Shown here piece after piece: positions 9,644 to 21,938 of a DNA stretch of 64,000 nucleotides (within the stretch, counting starts at the first letter, position 1; the number at the start of each line of letters is the position of its first letter). A model generated the notes under the pieces. The model was not told where the DNA came from, made no database searches, and saw nothing but the letters and a program-made list of their open reading frames with translations. A program made the position numbers and the translations under genes. The DNA comes from Coraliomargarita sp. (GTDB lineage: Bacteria; Verrucomicrobiota; Verrucomicrobiia; Opitutales; Coraliomargaritaceae): contig OZ244160.1 of NCBI GenBank assembly GCA_965216325.1, forward strand, positions 1,216,001 through 1,280,000. The letters run 5' to 3'.

Positions 9644-9961
9644 TCAATTAAAGGATCGGCCACAGCCGCAGGTGCTGGTCGCATTGGGGTTACGGATCTC
9701 GAAGCCCTTGCCGGAAAGTCCGTCATCAAAGTCAACGACACTCCCGTCCAAGTAATCCAAACTCGTCGCATCCACCAAAAAGGGCACGCCGTTGTGCTCT
9801 AATTCAGAATCACCGTCCTTCACCTCGTCAAAGGACATGCCATACTCGAATCCCGAACAACCGCCCGGTTCCACGAAAATTCGTAGCTTTTGGCCGTCTT
9901 CCGCCTTGTCGGCCTGCATTTTTAGTATCTGTGCTGCTGCACTATCAGTCAATGTGATCAT
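9644..9961 (-). CDS. Fe-S cluster carrier, HesB/IscA/ErpA family
   Basis: GGCSGFEY and NPNATSTCGCGRSF. Confidence 0.95.
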   Translation of the reverse strand: MITLTDSAAAQILKMQADKAEDGQKLRIFVEPGGCSGFEYGMSFDEVKDGDSELEHNGVPFLVDATSLDYLDGSVVDFDDGLSGKGFEIRNPNATSTCGCGRSFN

Positions 9962-10083
9962 AGTCACAAGCAAAGCTCAAAGACGCTGCCTGTCAACTAG
10001 CACAAATCTGATTCACAGATATGAAGCATTTTTCATGCACATTTAACTCTAATCTGCTTGCACATGCATTTTTCTAATCTTCA

Positions 10084-11085
10084 ATGCAATCAATGGCACA
10101 CATGAAACATATCTTTGGCGAACTCCACTGCGAGATCACACGCTCCATTGCAGAAGGTGGCATGGGTGTCGTCTATGAAGCTGAACAACACGGCAGCGGT
10201 CAGTTCCGCAAACGTATCGCCATCAAACTGATTCGCGAGGAATACTCCAAGATTGATGAGTTTCGCAACAATTTCATTGGCGAAGCCAAGCTCGTTGCTG
10301 ACCTGATTCACACAAACATCGTCCAGACCTACCATCTTGGCGAGATCAGCGGCCAGTACTACATGACCATGGAGTATGTGGATGGGATTAACCTTGAGGA
10401 ATTTATCGAGCGCCACAAGCAGACCAATCAACAGATCCCAACCGACCTCGCCGCATTCATCGTATCACGCGTCTGTCGCGGTCTCGCTTACGCACACCAA
10501 AAGACCGACCGTGAAGATCGTCCACTGGTTATCGTTCACCGTGATGTGAATCCACGCAACATTATGCTCGCACGAGAAGGAGACGTCAAACTCACCGACT
10601 TCGGCATCGCGAAGGCCTTTGATCTGATGTATAACAAGGAAGGCGAAGTCATTGCCGGCAAAGACGAATACCTGTCCCCGGAGCAAGCCCGTCGCGAAGT
10701 GACCGATGCACGCGCCGACCTTTTCAGCTGTGCAATCGTGCTCTCCGAACTTCTGCTTTGTGATAATATTTTCGAAGCCAACACAGGCGAGAAGACACGC
10801 GAAAACATTCTCGAAATGAAGATTCCTGACTTCACAGACATGCGGCCCGAAATCGACTCACGCCTGGACCTCATCTTACAGCAAGGCTTCCAGCGTGAGC
10901 GTGGCAAACGCTACCAAAGTGCCGGTCAAATGCTGACCGCCCTCGAACAATTTCTCTATGGCGATGGCTACGGTCCGACCAATGAGAAACTCGCCCTTTA
11001 TATGGCTGACCTGTTCAGCCCAGACGGAACTCAGGCCGCCGCCCGCTGGTCCAGCAAACAAACACCCGGCCTGAACGACGAATAG
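10084..11085 (+). CDS. Hanks-type Ser/Thr protein kinase (soluble)
   Basis: [33 protein letters not shown]; no transmembrane segment seen. Confidence 0.93.
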   Translation: MQSMAHMKHIFGELHCEITRSIAEGGMGVVYEAEQHGSGQFRKRIAIKLIREEYSKIDEFRNNFIGEAKLVADLIHTNIVQTYHLGEISGQYYMTMEYVDGINLEEFIERHKQTNQQIPTDLAAFIVSRVCRGLAYAHQKTDREDRPLVIVHRDVNPRNIMLAREGDVKLTDFGIAKAFDLMYNKEGEVIAGKDEYLSPEQARREVTDARADLFSCAIVLSELLLCDNIFEANTGEKTRENILEMKIPDFTDMRPEIDSRLDLILQQGFQRERGKRYQSAGQMLTALEQFLYGDGYGPTNEKLALYMADLFSPDGTQAAARWSSKQTPGLNDE

Positions 11086-11129
11086 TCCTTTTCAAATAAC
11101 GCTTCACATCGCGCCTAGCGCGGCCTCCT

Positions 11130-12581
11130 ATGTGCGCACAAGAATTCCAACAGTCACAGCGGCAAACCCAAACACTTACACTCGCGCCGCAGCTTCGCAA
11201 CTCGCTGAAAATCCTCCAAGCGCCAGCGGTTGAGTTGCGCACATCCATCCTCGAAGAACTTCAAGCCAACCCACTACTTGAGGAGCTGCCTATTGACAGC
11301 ATCAGTGTGGAAGAAACTATCCAGACGCCTGACGAGGACAGTCAGCCCGAGAGCAGCGAAGAACTCGATTTCAACGAAGACGACTACAGCGCCCTCGAAC
11401 GCATGAGCGAAGACATGCGCGAAGAATACGCTCAAGAAAACACCGGCCAGAGCTACACGAGTGAAGACCAAGAGCGGCGCGACCACTTCATGAACTCGCT
11501 GACTACCGACAAATCGCTCCAGCAGCATTTGATCGAACAGGCCGAACTCAGCGACTGTAATGAAAAAGAGCGCGAAGGCCTACTCTACCTGATTGGCAGC
11601 CTTGACGATCATGGCTTCCTCACCGAAACGATCTCCAATATCGCGCTGACCAGTCGCATTCCCTATGGCAGCGTTCAAAAAGCCGCCGAGATCCTCAAGA
11701 CCTTTGACCCGCCCGGGATCGGAGCGACCGACATGCAGGACTGCCTTGCCACTCAGTTGGAGCTCAAGGGGCGCGGCAACTCTATTGCGACACGCATTTT
11801 ACGTGAGCACTTTCAGTTGCTCGTCCGTCGCCGCATTCCAGAACTCAGCCGCAAGATTGGTGCGGCGACCGACGACATTCAGGATGCTATTGCTGAGATT
11901 GGCACCTTGGACCCTGCCCCCGGTAAACGCTTTAGCGCAGATAGCAACACAGTGGTCGATCCTGACGTGAGCGTCTACAAGGACGAATACGACCAGTGGC
12001 AAGTCGTGCTCAACAACGACTACATCCCTCGCCTACGTATTAGCAGCGTCTATAAGGAAATGCTCGCTAAGGGCAGCCTCTCTAACAAAGAGAAAGAATT
12101 CATGCTGGAACGCATGCGTTCGGGAAAATTCCTGATTAGCTCCATTGAACAGCGCCAGCAAACCATCGAGCGTATCACACGCGAGTTACTCAAATACCAA
12201 GGTGACTTCTTCGAAGAAGGCGTCTCCAAACTGCGCCCACTCACCATGAATGCCATCGCACAGTCCGTTGGCGTCCACGAGACCACGGTCAGTCGTGCAA
12301 TTGCCAACAAATACATTCGCACGCCGCATGGCGTCTTCGCGTTCAAATACTTTTTCACCCCCGGCTACACCTCGTCCAGTGGCGAAGCCATGTCCAACAA
12401 AACAGTGAAGGACATGATCAGCCACATCATCGAAGATGAAAACCCGGCCAAACCACTCAGCGACCAGGGCATCGCCAATCTACTCAAAGAAAAAGACATC
12501 AAAATCGCCCGTCGCACAGTCGCCAAATACCGCGAGGAACTGGGCATTCTGCCAACCAATCTTCGCCGTCGTTACGACTGA
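11130..12581 (+). CDS. rpoN: RNA polymerase sigma-54 factor
   Basis: Gln-rich region I, HETTVSRA helix, and the RpoN box [10 protein letters not shown]. Confidence 0.98.
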   Translation: MCAQEFQQSQRQTQTLTLAPQLRNSLKILQAPAVELRTSILEELQANPLLEELPIDSISVEETIQTPDEDSQPESSEELDFNEDDYSALERMSEDMREEYAQENTGQSYTSEDQERRDHFMNSLTTDKSLQQHLIEQAELSDCNEKEREGLLYLIGSLDDHGFLTETISNIALTSRIPYGSVQKAAEILKTFDPPGIGATDMQDCLATQLELKGRGNSIATRILREHFQLLVRRRIPELSRKIGAATDDIQDAIAEIGTLDPAPGKRFSADSNTVVDPDVSVYKDEYDQWQVVLNNDYIPRLRISSVYKEMLAKGSLSNKEKEFMLERMRSGKFLISSIEQRQQTIERITRELLKYQGDFFEEGVSKLRPLTMNAIAQSVGVHETTVSRAIANKYIRTPHGVFAFKYFFTPGYTSSSGEAMSNKTVKDMISHIIEDENPAKPLSDQGIANLLKEKDIKIARRTVAKYREELGILPTNLRRRYD

Positions 12582-12940
12582 CAAGTGACAAAGCAAGGCA
12601 ACGATCGCATGCAGCATGAGCCACATTCCTGAATCAGCCCCCACCAAAACATTTCCAAAACTAGCCGCTTCGAGGCACCGTAACTAGCGCGCCTACAGCC
12701 ACCATAGCGCGCACGTAAGAACAACTGCTCCAGCCATGAAGGCAACCAGAGAGCCAAGGCGAAGTAAGGGCGTCTTAATCGCGAGATAGACTCGGACAGA
12801 TTAGGAGATGATCAAGAATCCCGCAAAGTCAGTTCCCAAGCAGACAAGGACGCCTGGCACCCCACAATTCGCTTACTGCCAACCAAAAGTTATTGTCGAA
12901 CAACACTCTCCGCGAGAGCGCCCGCCCCGCCCGCGCTCGC

Positions 12941-14854
12941 TTAGTAAGCGCGGCCGTCCTTCTTCTCGTAGTAGTTGATGTAAGCGCGATTGAGTGTCGA
13001 GTAGCCCCCTGGTGTCGGGTAGTCGCCGGTGAAATACCAGTCACCATTGTGGAATGGGATGGCTTCCTTCATCTTCGGCACAGGGAGGAAGACCACTTCG
13101 AGTTCGCCCTTCCATGCACCCGCCTTCGGGTAGACCAACTCAGCGATCTTAGCGGAAATTTGCTCATCGGTGTAGCGGTCGTAGATACGTGCCACGTGGT
13201 TAACCATCTCGTTGGCAGGCTTGTCGGCTTGTGCGATGCAGGCCTGATAGACTTCCTGCAGGAGGTCTTCGTTGCCGTCTTCCTTGGTCAGCTCAACGGC
13301 CGCATTGAAGGCGATGAACTTTCCGAGCTCGGACATGTCGATGCCGTAGCAATCCGGGTAGCGGATCTGTGGCGCGGTCGACGCGATCACGATCTTGCGT
13401 GGATTGGTCTTTCCAAGGATTTTAAGGATCGATTCTTTGAGCGTGGTGCCACGGACGATGGAGTCGTCGATACAGACGAGGCAGTCCTTCGGTTGTACCA
13501 CCCCATAGGTGATGTCGTAAACGTGTGAGACCAGCTTAGCGCGGCCCTTTTCCTGCGAGATGAAGGTGCGCAGCTTGATATCCTTGTGCGCGACTTTCTC
13601 GCCACGCGGCCAGTTGCCCATGATCAGTTCGTCAATGAGCTGCTCGTCGAGTGTGCCAGCGCGTTGCGCTTCCAGCAGCTTGTCCTTCACTTCCTGACGG
13701 CGATGCAGGCGGAGTGACTCGAGTAAGCCGTAGTAAGCCGTTTCCGCAGTGTTCGGCACAAAGCTGAACACCGAGTTGGCAAAGTCGTTATCGATCGCCT
13801 TGACGACTTGATCCTTCAAAGCGCCACCAAGCGCCTTACGCTCTTGGTAGATATCCTGATCGTTGCCGCGAGAGAAGTAGATGCGCTCAAAGGAACACGG
13901 TGTTTGTTCCTGCTTCTCAGTGAACGGCTCACAATAGATGCGGCCGTCGCTCTTGATCACGGTCGCGGTGCCTGGCTCGAGCTCGCAGACATTTTCGATC
14001 GGCTGGTCGAAGATAGTCATCAATGCCACGCGCTCGGACGCAAAAGCAATAACTTCGTCGTTTTGGAAATAGAAGCATGGGCGAATGCCCTTCGGGTCAC
14101 GCATCACGAAGGAGTCACCGTTACCGATGAGACCTGCGATTGCATAACCACCATCCCAGTCGGCTGCTGCGCGGCGGAGAATACGCACTGGATCGAGTTC
14201 CTGACTGATCACGCGTGGAATGCGCTTACCTTCCATATTCTGGTCACGCATACGATGATAGATCGCATCGTGCGCCTCATCGAGATGGAAGCCGATTTCT
14301 TCAAGGACCGCTTGCGTGTCGGTGCCGAAGATCGGGTGCTGACCACGGTTGATTAGGTCATTGTTGAGGTCCTTCTCGTTGGTAATGGTGAAATTACCGG
14401 CGAGCATCAGATTCTTGGTGGGCCAGTTCGACTGACGCACAAAGGGGTGGCAGTTCTTGGAGGAATAAACCCCAGAAGTGCCATAGCGGAGGTGCCCCAT
14501 GAGGATCTCACCGCCGAAATCGAAATGGTCCTTCACCGAGTTTGCGAACTCAGGATGGATGATGCCGTTGTCCACTTTACGCTGATAATCGCTCAGTTGC
14601 TCGTGAAAAATGCGCGTCATCGGGTTGGTTTTGATGCTACGCTCACGGGCCATATACGGTTGGCCGGGTGCCACATCAAGCTTCACACAGCCAATACCTG
14701 CACCATCCTGACCACGGTTATGTTGCTTCTCCATCAACAAGAAGAGTTGATTGAAGCCATATAGCGGCGTGCCGTATTTCTCTTGGTAGTAACCAAGTGG
14801 TTTCAGGAGGCGGATCATTGCGATACCGCATTCATGCTTTAGAAAGTCGCTCAT
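12941..14854 (-). CDS. purF: Amidophosphoribosyltransferase (long form)
   Basis: Propeptide MSDFLKHE|CG, HNRGQDGAG, GHLRYGT, CSFERIYFSR, IDDSIVRGTT, YPDCYGIDM. Confidence 0.95.
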   Translation of the reverse strand: MSDFLKHECGIAMIRLLKPLGYYQEKYGTPLYGFNQLFLLMEKQHNRGQDGAGIGCVKLDVAPGQPYMARERSIKTNPMTRIFHEQLSDYQRKVDNGIIHPEFANSVKDHFDFGGEILMGHLRYGTSGVYSSKNCHPFVRQSNWPTKNLMLAGNFTITNEKDLNNDLINRGQHPIFGTDTQAVLEEIGFHLDEAHDAIYHRMRDQNMEGKRIPRVISQELDPVRILRRAAADWDGGYAIAGLIGNGDSFVMRDPKGIRPCFYFQNDEVIAFASERVALMTIFDQPIENVCELEPGTATVIKSDGRIYCEPFTEKQEQTPCSFERIYFSRGNDQDIYQERKALGGALKDQVVKAIDNDFANSVFSFVPNTAETAYYGLLESLRLHRRQEVKDKLLEAQRAGTLDEQLIDELIMGNWPRGEKVAHKDIKLRTFISQEKGRAKLVSHVYDITYGVVQPKDCLVCIDDSIVRGTTLKESILKILGKTNPRKIVIASTAPQIRYPDCYGIDMSELGKFIAFNAAVELTKEDGNEDLLQEVYQACIAQADKPANEMVNHVARIYDRYTDEQISAKIAELVYPKAGAWKGELEVVFLPVPKMKEAIPFHNGDWYFTGDYPTPGGYSTLNRAYINYYEKKDGRAY

Positions 14855-14947
14855 GTGGGAAAAAGACGGGCGCAGGCTAATAGGCTTTTTTTGCCTGTGG
14901 CGATGCTAAGTTTCATTTTTGTGTCAAAAGATAGGATAATTCTACAC

Positions 14948-15018
14948 GACCGCTAATGGACGCTTAATTATGGCTACAGGTTTTCGGTTTGAGCGCCATT
15001 AAGCGTAATTTAGCGGTT
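14948..15018. repeat. Imperfect inverted repeat, ACCGCTAA-TGGACGCTTAAT family
   Basis: ACCGCTAATGGACGCTTAAT ... ATTAAGCGTAATTTAGCGGT; a related half-site lies at about 62040-62059. Confidence 0.5.
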
Positions 15019-15032
15019 TTAAATCTTCACAC

Positions 15033-15950
15033 CTAATTCGCATCTGAGATTCCTTTTTGCTGCAGATGTTCCTCGTTCGCAGGCTCAATGTGCACCAATA
15101 CTTTCCAGACTTCGGGGTGCTGTGCGAGCAAGCGCTGCTTCACCTCGCGCGCAATCGCGTGCCCCTGCTCAACAGTCAGTTCCGGATCCACTTGCAGGTG
15201 CAGGTCGATCTCGTAAACGTCCCCCACCCGACGCACACGGAAATTGTGATAGGCCAAGGCGCCGGGGGTCGGTAAGATGTGCTCGCGCAAGTCCTCGATA
15301 ATTTCCCTGCGCGGAGCGGCGTCTAACAGCTCCCCCGTGGCACTGACAAAGATCTTGCTTGCCTCAAAGACTAGGTAGCCGCCCAGCACCAGCGTGACCG
15401 CATCATCGAGAAAGGCCCAGGCCTCGCCCCCGAGCCACACGCCAATCAAGGCAACCGCCACCCCGAGCGACGAGAAACTGTCAGTGCGGTGATGCCAGGC
15501 ATTCGCCAGCAACAAGTCTGACTTAATCCGCTTCGCAACGCCACGTGTGGTCCAGAACAACACCTCCTTGATGCCCAGCGACAACAAGGCAAACAGCGCC
15601 GCCGTGCCCGCTTCCGGCACCGATGGACCCACTCGAAAGTCCCAAATCGCAGACAAGACCAGCGCGCCTGCAAAGACAATCAGCCCGCCACCAATAAAGA
15701 ATTTGGAAAGACTGGCGAATTTATGGTGTCCGTAGAGATGGTTTTCGTCCTCGGGACGCCGCGCCATAAACAGTCCAAAGAGCACCGCCACATCCGAAAG
15801 CAGGTCCAGCAAGCTATGCATGCCGTCCGCAATGAGAGCCTTCGACGACAGCACGAAGCCCGCGATGGTTTTCACCAATCCGAGTACAAGATTCACCGCA
15901 AAGCCGATCCATGTAATCCGCAGTCCATCGTTTCCAGAGGCCATACGCAT
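15033..15950 (-). CDS. Cation diffusion facilitator (FieF-like) transporter
   Basis: ADGMHSLLD, HLYGHHKF, NAWHHRTD, and C-terminal VLVHIEP. Confidence 0.93.
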   Translation of the reverse strand: MRMASGNDGLRITWIGFAVNLVLGLVKTIAGFVLSSKALIADGMHSLLDLLSDVAVLFGLFMARRPEDENHLYGHHKFASLSKFFIGGGLIVFAGALVLSAIWDFRVGPSVPEAGTAALFALLSLGIKEVLFWTTRGVAKRIKSDLLLANAWHHRTDSFSSLGVAVALIGVWLGGEAWAFLDDAVTLVLGGYLVFEASKIFVSATGELLDAAPRREIIEDLREHILPTPGALAYHNFRVRRVGDVYEIDLHLQVDPELTVEQGHAIAREVKQRLLAQHPEVWKVLVHIEPANEEHLQQKGISDAN

Positions 15951-15986
15951 GAGTAAAACAACGCTAGGCTCTGCGTAAACGAGAAT

Positions 15987-16199
15987 GTGGAGGGAAACGC
16001 TCCGTCGTTTCCAACATTATCATACCAATTTGAAACTTGGTATTACCAGGAACACCCCCTCCCATCCCGCTAAGCGGGATGACCTCCCCTTCGCAGGGGA
16101 GGACTTTTTAGCCCCCTCCTAGGCGAGCCGGGGTGGTGCCCATTAAGACCAAACCTTCATCGATTCGACGAACGGCTGCCTCGGCGAGGCAGCCCTCCT
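15987..16199. repeat. Cluster of short palindromic elements (GGAG-REP, ATACCAA..TTGGTAT, CCTCCCC..GGGGAGG double hairpin)
   Basis: GGAGGGAAACGCTCCGTCGTTTCC; ATACCAA-N8-TTGGTAT; CCCCCTCCCATCCCGCTAAGCGGGATGACCTCCCCTTCGCAGGGGAGG; GGCTGCCTCGGCGAGGCAGCCCTCC. Confidence 0.6.
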
Positions 16200-18467
16200 C
16201 TAGCTCATCTGCATCGGATCCACGTCGAGCGTGTCGATGACTTCTTTATCCATCTTAAAGCCGTCTCTCAAGGTGACAATTCGTTGGATGACCTTGCTCG
16301 CACTCGGTGCAAAATACCAGATCTGGTAGCGGTATTCGTCGCGAATCTTCTCGATCGGCGTAGGCGCGGGACCACGAATCTCGACCGCTTCGCCGAGCGC
16401 TTTCTCCAGTGCGCGGGTCCATTGCTCGATATAGAACTCAACCTTCTGCGGATTGCGTCCACGGAAAACATGACGAATCAGGTGGCGAAACGGCGGATAA
16501 TTGAACTCGCGGCGTTGCTCCAGCTCCTCGAGCTGGAAGCCATCGAAGTCAGACTGACGCGCAAACTGGATCGGCGGCGCATGCGGGGTGCTGGTCTGAA
16601 TCACCACCTCTCCCGCACGGTCCCCCCGGCCCGCTCGGCCCGACACCTGCACGATCAGCTGGAAGGTGCGTTCAGCAGCCCGGAAGTCCTCCACGTGCAA
16701 AGACATATCCGCATCCACCAGCCCGACCAACGTGACGTTCGGAAAATCCAAGCCTTTGGCGATCATCTGTGTACCCACGAGCAAGTCGATCTTGCCGACG
16801 CGGAAGTCATTTAGAATTTTGCGATAGAGATTCTTCTTCGACATCGAATCGGCGTCCATGCGCACGATGTTCGCGCGTGGCAGGATTTTTTGCACGATGT
16901 CTTCAATCTTCTGCGTGCCCTGCCCCTTATAGCGTATATTCGGGTCCTTGCACTTCGGGCAGATGCGCGGCGCCTCACGCTCCTCGCCGCAGAGGTGGCA
17001 GCGCAGGGTTTTGTCGGTGCGGTGATAGGTCATCGGGATGCTGCAATGCTCGCACTCAGCAACGTATCCACATTCTGGGCACAATAGACTGGTCGAAAAC
17101 CCACGCCGGTTCAGGAACAAAATGCTCTGCTCTTTCTTCTCGAAACGATCAACCAGCTTGTCGGCCAACAGACGTGAAATCGGCGAGCCCTTGGCCTTGC
17201 CCGACATATTCTCGCGACGCATGTCGACCAAGTGAATCTTGGGCAACTCACAGTGATCGACGCGCTTGAGCATCTTATCCACTGCATATTTGCCGCGCTC
17301 CACGTTATGCAGCGTTTCCAGCGAAGGCGTCGCCGAACCAACAATGCACAGCGCTTTATTCAGATGCGCACGATAGACCGCTACATCACGTCCGTGATAG
17401 CGCGGATTGTCCTCTTGCTTGTAAGAAGGCTCGTGCTCCTCATCGACAATCATTAGCTGCAAGTTCTGCACAGGCGCAAAGACCGCCGAGCGGGCACCAA
17501 CGACCACATGTGCCTCGCCGCTTGCCAAGGCTTTCCAAGCATCGTAACGTTCACCGTCAGATAGGTGACTATGCCACACAACTGTGCGCACCCCCCGCGC
17601 TTCAAGACGCGCACGAACACGCCCAACTGTTTGCGGTGCCAGAGCGACTTCGGGAATCAGGAAGACCACGCCCCCGCCCTTGGCGACGACTCGCTCGATA
17701 ACATTCAGATAGACTTCGGTTTTTCCTGAGCCCGTTACACCATGCAAAAGCCGAACGCTAAACTGCTTGGCATCCACAGCACTAAAGAGTGCGTCCACAC
17801 AAACAGATTGCTCCGCGGTCAGCTTAGGCCGAGCATCACTGTGAACCACTTCGACATCACTGATGTCATCATCATAGGCGACACGCACCTCCTCGGTATC
17901 GCTTTCCAACAGAAAGCCCTTCTTGACCAAGGCATCACAAGCCGAAGCGCTGATTCCCATGCGTTTGAGAATCGTCGCACGCGGCTGCGCCTTCAGCTGC
18001 TGGCGAATAAAATTAAGTAGCTCCGCCTGCTTTGGAGCACGCTTTTGGAGGGCTGTCAGTTCCTCAGCGGTCGGCACTCGCCCCTTAGCAATGTAACGGC
18101 GCATTTTCGGCTTCATGCCACGACGAATCGCCGTCGGAATCATTGCCTCCAGCATCGCCTCAGGCGAACTCGCATAATAGCGCACCGCCCAGCGATAGAG
18201 ATCGATCAGCTCCTGAGTCAGCACCGGATAGTCCTGTACCACCTCGTAAAGCATTTTCAATTTGCCCGGTGGAATCACCTGCTCGGTGCCCATACGTGTC
18301 ACCACACCCAGTTCACTGCGACGCCTTAGCGGGATCCGCACCAAGGCCCCGGGCCGGACCAGCCCAGAACAAGTCGGCGGCACCGCATAGGCCAGGGCCT
18401 TATCGAAACCGGAAAAAGCAACGACTTCGACAATCTGTGGCAGTAGGTTGGATTTAGCAGTGGGCAT
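16200..18467 (-). CDS. priA: Primosomal protein N' (replication restart helicase)
   Basis: [22 protein letters not shown], four CxxC pairs, [20 protein letters not shown]. Confidence 0.98.
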   Translation of the reverse strand: MPTAKSNLLPQIVEVVAFSGFDKALAYAVPPTCSGLVRPGALVRIPLRRRSELGVVTRMGTEQVIPPGKLKMLYEVVQDYPVLTQELIDLYRWAVRYYASSPEAMLEAMIPTAIRRGMKPKMRRYIAKGRVPTAEELTALQKRAPKQAELLNFIRQQLKAQPRATILKRMGISASACDALVKKGFLLESDTEEVRVAYDDDISDVEVVHSDARPKLTAEQSVCVDALFSAVDAKQFSVRLLHGVTGSGKTEVYLNVIERVVAKGGGVVFLIPEVALAPQTVGRVRARLEARGVRTVVWHSHLSDGERYDAWKALASGEAHVVVGARSAVFAPVQNLQLMIVDEEHEPSYKQEDNPRYHGRDVAVYRAHLNKALCIVGSATPSLETLHNVERGKYAVDKMLKRVDHCELPKIHLVDMRRENMSGKAKGSPISRLLADKLVDRFEKKEQSILFLNRRGFSTSLLCPECGYVAECEHCSIPMTYHRTDKTLRCHLCGEEREAPRICPKCKDPNIRYKGQGTQKIEDIVQKILPRANIVRMDADSMSKKNLYRKILNDFRVGKIDLLVGTQMIAKGLDFPNVTLVGLVDADMSLHVEDFRAAERTFQLIVQVSGRAGRGDRAGEVVIQTSTPHAPPIQFARQSDFDGFQLEELEQRREFNYPPFRHLIRHVFRGRNPQKVEFYIEQWTRALEKALGEAVEIRGPAPTPIEKIRDEYRYQIWYFAPSASKVIQRIVTLRDGFKMDKEVIDTLDVDPMQMS

Positions 18468-18539
18468 CTATCTGACTGTCGGCATAGGGTGATACAAAAT
18501 GATTGCTGACAGAATTATTTTTCAAATTCGAGACAAGCC

Positions 18540-18655
18540 GTAGGGGCTTTCCTTGCGAAGCCCGCAGTCTGAAACGACGTCGCCAACTCGGCGGGCGTCG
18601 CCCCTCGATTGACTCGGGGCCTTGAGCCTGTCGAAATGACAAGCAACGCCCTTAC
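18540..18655. repeat. REP doublet with nested hairpin
   Basis: GTAGGGGC...GCCCTTAC ends; inner TCGATTGACTCGGGGCCTTGAGCCTGTCGA. Confidence 0.65.
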
Positions 18656-18749
18656 GTTTTTCAGTTCTAGAGCTAAGCTAGTAACATTAAAATCAGACCT
18701 AATAATCATTCTGTCAGATATTATCTTGCTTAGAGGACCACTGAAATCG

Positions 18750-19112
18750 TCAGCGACCCAGCTCCTCTCTCAATTCCAGAAAGCCCGGGTAGTCGGCCAG
18801 CGGTTTCAAGTCGGGGTCATTACAGAGCCAGTTGAAGTCGTCGTAACCGAGCTCCAATGCCTTGCGCAGAATCGTGACCGCCTCCGCCTTACACTCCTTA
18901 AGCGCCAGACTACAGGCCAAATTGTAATGTGCGGTTGGATCTTCGGGTGTCAGGCGGACAATTTTGCGGTCGATCCGTAGTCCATCATCAATGCGCCCGG
19001 CATCCGTGTAATAATGTGCGAGCATCGACGCGGTGCGCACATCTTTAGGCATTCGCTTGTGCAAATCCTCAAAGAAGCCGATTTCGAAGTCGTGGTTCGT
19101 GCGCTGGGCCAT
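18750..19112 (-). CDS. TPR-repeat protein
   Basis: PEDPTAHYNLACSLAL...ALELGY...DPDL TPR-end pattern. Confidence 0.85.
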   Translation of the reverse strand: MAQRTNHDFEIGFFEDLHKRMPKDVRTASMLAHYYTDAGRIDDGLRIDRKIVRLTPEDPTAHYNLACSLALKECKAEAVTILRKALELGYDDFNWLCNDPDLKPLADYPGFLELREELGR

Positions 19113-19138
19113 TGCCAAATTATTACCTGTGCCGAAAG

Positions 19139-19618
19139 TTAATCCTGCTTATCTTTACAGCAGGCCGCATCGGCATTGCCGCTACAACGAGCAGACACCT
19201 GTAGGCGTTGGCTTTCGACATTCAGGCCCAACTTGGACGCGACACTTTGGCCATACCATTCCATGAAGGGCGCATCGATTTCGAAGATTTTATCGCAATC
19301 GAGGCAGATCACCTGAGCCTGAAAAGTCTTGGTGTTCTTGTTGGCCATGTAGAATTTGTAATCACGGCCCACGTCGACTTCACGAATCAGGCTGCTCTCC
19401 GTCAGAATTGGCAGGGCCCTATAAACCGTTGCGCGCGAGACGGAACTGTCAATTTGACGCGCCCGATCGAGCAGATCTTCCGCAGTAAAATGGTCCTCAT
19501 GACCATAGGCCGCATCGAAGATCGCCAAGCGCTGATTGGTCACGCGGAGGCCCTTGCTGGTAAGAAACTCCTTAAAAGTATCGCGAATGCGCTCGATATC
19601 CGGGGTGGTTGGCTCCAT
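19139..19618 (-). CDS. Fur-family transcriptional regulator
   Basis: [28 protein letters not shown]. Confidence 0.92.
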   Translation of the reverse strand: MEPTTPDIERIRDTFKEFLTSKGLRVTNQRLAIFDAAYGHEDHFTAEDLLDRARQIDSSVSRATVYRALPILTESSLIREVDVGRDYKFYMANKNTKTFQAQVICLDCDKIFEIDAPFMEWYGQSVASKLGLNVESQRLQVSARCSGNADAACCKDKQD

Positions 19619-19769
19619 AGTCGTTATTGAGACTGAATTGAGACTAAGCACTTCTGCTTGGCAAGTCCTCAATGGCAGCAGCGCTAAATAACTTGATAAA
19701 TAGTGCTAAAAACTTCTTGATTTCCCCGCTCAGAACGCTTTTCTCCTCCCCTTTTCCAAACTTTAGACC

Positions 19770-20084
<315 letters not shown>

Positions 20085-20113
20085 TTTATTCTACAACCAG
20101 AAAGGACTGAACA

Positions 20114-20359
20114 ATGTCACACAAAAAAGGACAAGGAACTTCCAAGAACGGACGCGACAGCCACTCTAAGCGCCTCGGTGTTAAGAAATTCGGCGGTGAG
20201 TCCGTCATCGCAGGCAACATCATCCTCCGCCAGCGCGGCACACGTTTCCACCCAGGTGAGAACGTAGGTATGGGTCGTGACCACACACTCTTCGCGTTGA
20301 CCGACGGTAAGGTTGCTTTCGATAAGGCACACCGCAAGATCAACGTTGTTGCTGCATAA
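20114..20359 (+). CDS. rpmA: 50S ribosomal protein L27
   Basis: [24 protein letters not shown]...RQRGT...GRDHTLFA. Confidence 0.99.
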   Translation: MSHKKGQGTSKNGRDSHSKRLGVKKFGGESVIAGNIILRQRGTRFHPGENVGMGRDHTLFALTDGKVAFDKAHRKINVVAA

Positions 20360-20395
20360 CGCGACTTCGGCGATTTTCAAATCGACATCTTTTCC

Positions 20396-20429
20396 AAAAT
20401 CCCGCCTCCTATCTGGAGCGGGATTTTTT
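20396..20429 (+). terminator. Intrinsic terminator after rpmA
   Basis: AAAATCCCGC-CTCC-tatct-GGAG-CGGGATTTTTT. Confidence 0.8.
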
Positions 20430-20464
20430 GCATCCGCATCCCATCCCCTAACCAATTCTCAAAG

Positions 20465-20884
20465 ATGCATCCCCTAGATGAACTGAAGAAACAGCGTGAA
20501 CTGATCCAGAAGCACCTCGCGTGGCTGGACCAGGAAATCGCGAAGCAGACCAGTGAGCCGCCCAATCAAAACACCAAGGATGCACAACCTGCCCGTGAAA
20601 AACTCAAACTGGTAGGCGCCACGCCAGGCAACAATCCTGAAACTACAACACACCAGGAAACCCGGCACCCATTTCCAGAGATCAACGAGACCAACGAGCT
20701 GTCGAATGGGGTGCAGCCTTCACAGATGCATAGCGATATTGCCAAGGCAAAGATCGGCTGTGTCGTGATCTTCGTCGGCGCAGTTGGCCTGTTCCTGTTT
20801 CTACTCTTCGGACTCCCCTATTTGATCGACGACTCGGGCGAATCAGAGACACACGAAGAAAGCGTCAAGACAAGCGCTCAATAG
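20465..20884 (+). CDS. Hypothetical protein (N-terminal coiled coil, C-terminal TM helix)
   Basis: [22 protein letters not shown]; hydrophobic [22 protein letters not shown]. Confidence 0.7.
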   Translation: MHPLDELKKQRELIQKHLAWLDQEIAKQTSEPPNQNTKDAQPAREKLKLVGATPGNNPETTTHQETRHPFPEINETNELSNGVQPSQMHSDIAKAKIGCVVIFVGAVGLFLFLLFGLPYLIDDSGESETHEESVKTSAQ

Positions 20885-21932
20885 TCTGCCCCAAAAACAC
20901 GAGCGGAGTCTCGTTGGATCGAATCTGCGACCATTTCGGTGAAGGTCATATAGCGAAGGCCCTGTGTAAAGTTCGTCAAAGTCACAGGGCTCCCGTCACG
21001 AATCGAGCGTACGAAATCAGCCTCAACCTGCCAGCCCTGTGACTGAGTGGTGGGCGTCGCAATAGGCCTTACCTGAGAGGACCCCGCCTTCGCAAAGAGC
21101 AACCCGCCCTGAACCGGATCAAGGTGCAAAGCACAACGAGTCCCATTCAATCGAAATGCCATACACGGCTTGCCCGACTCAACTCCACTAAAATGATAGA
21201 TCAAGCGCGCACCACCTTGCGCAAATCGACCAAAGACACTCAAACTGTCCGGAATGTCGATCGGTCGAGGCTCCGACTCGCCCGCATAGCACCTCTGCTG
21301 CTGGAAGACTTCACCATCGGCCACAAGCCAATCCAGATCATCGTCGACCCAGCGCTGAACTGTCTCATGCACAATGCCCATGGTCAGCACATTCTTACCA
21401 CTCAGACGACTATCCTGCCGCCAAGTCATTGCAGCATCCGACTGCGCATACTGTGCCCCCGTATGGACCACGCGCACCTCCAGTAGTCGACCAAGCACGC
21501 CCTCCGCCAGCATCGCCTTGATCTGAGCATCATAATCCAAGGAAAACGGAGCAGGCACCTACTGAGCCACCAACTGCGGTCGCGCTTCCGAGGCAGCAAG
21601 CATGCGCTTGGCTTCCGTGAGGTTACACGCCATCCGTGCCTCACAGAGAACATGCTTACCACGTTCAAGAGCGGCAACTGTCACTTCTGCATGTAGATTT
21701 GGCCATGTGCCTATACATACTGCATGATTGAAGGATCGTCGATGACCTGGCTCCAATGATCCGCAACCCTCCATATCCCTTCCTGAGCCGCAACGCGCTC
21801 TGACGACTCGCGAGTCCGATTGGCCACCACCGCGAGCTCAAGATCCTGCACTTGCCGAAAACCCGGCAGGTGCATCGCCCGAGTATTTGCTCCAGCACCA
21901 ACAAAACCAATTCGCAGCGTAACCGTATTCAT
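20878..21932 (-). pseudogene. Gfo/Idh/MocA oxidoreductase, disrupted
   Basis: RIGFVGAGAN N-terminus; a 1-nt deletion near 21726 breaks I-[D]-AVCIGTWP; in-frame TAG at 21559-21561 (VAQ*VPAPF). Confidence 0.85.
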
Positions 21933-21938
21933 CGAAAA

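Noticed and set aside
12582..12940. 360-bp gap between rpoN and purF as a possible ncRNA
   Set aside because: Only degenerate REP-like fragments are visible; no coherent structure or promoter that I can support.
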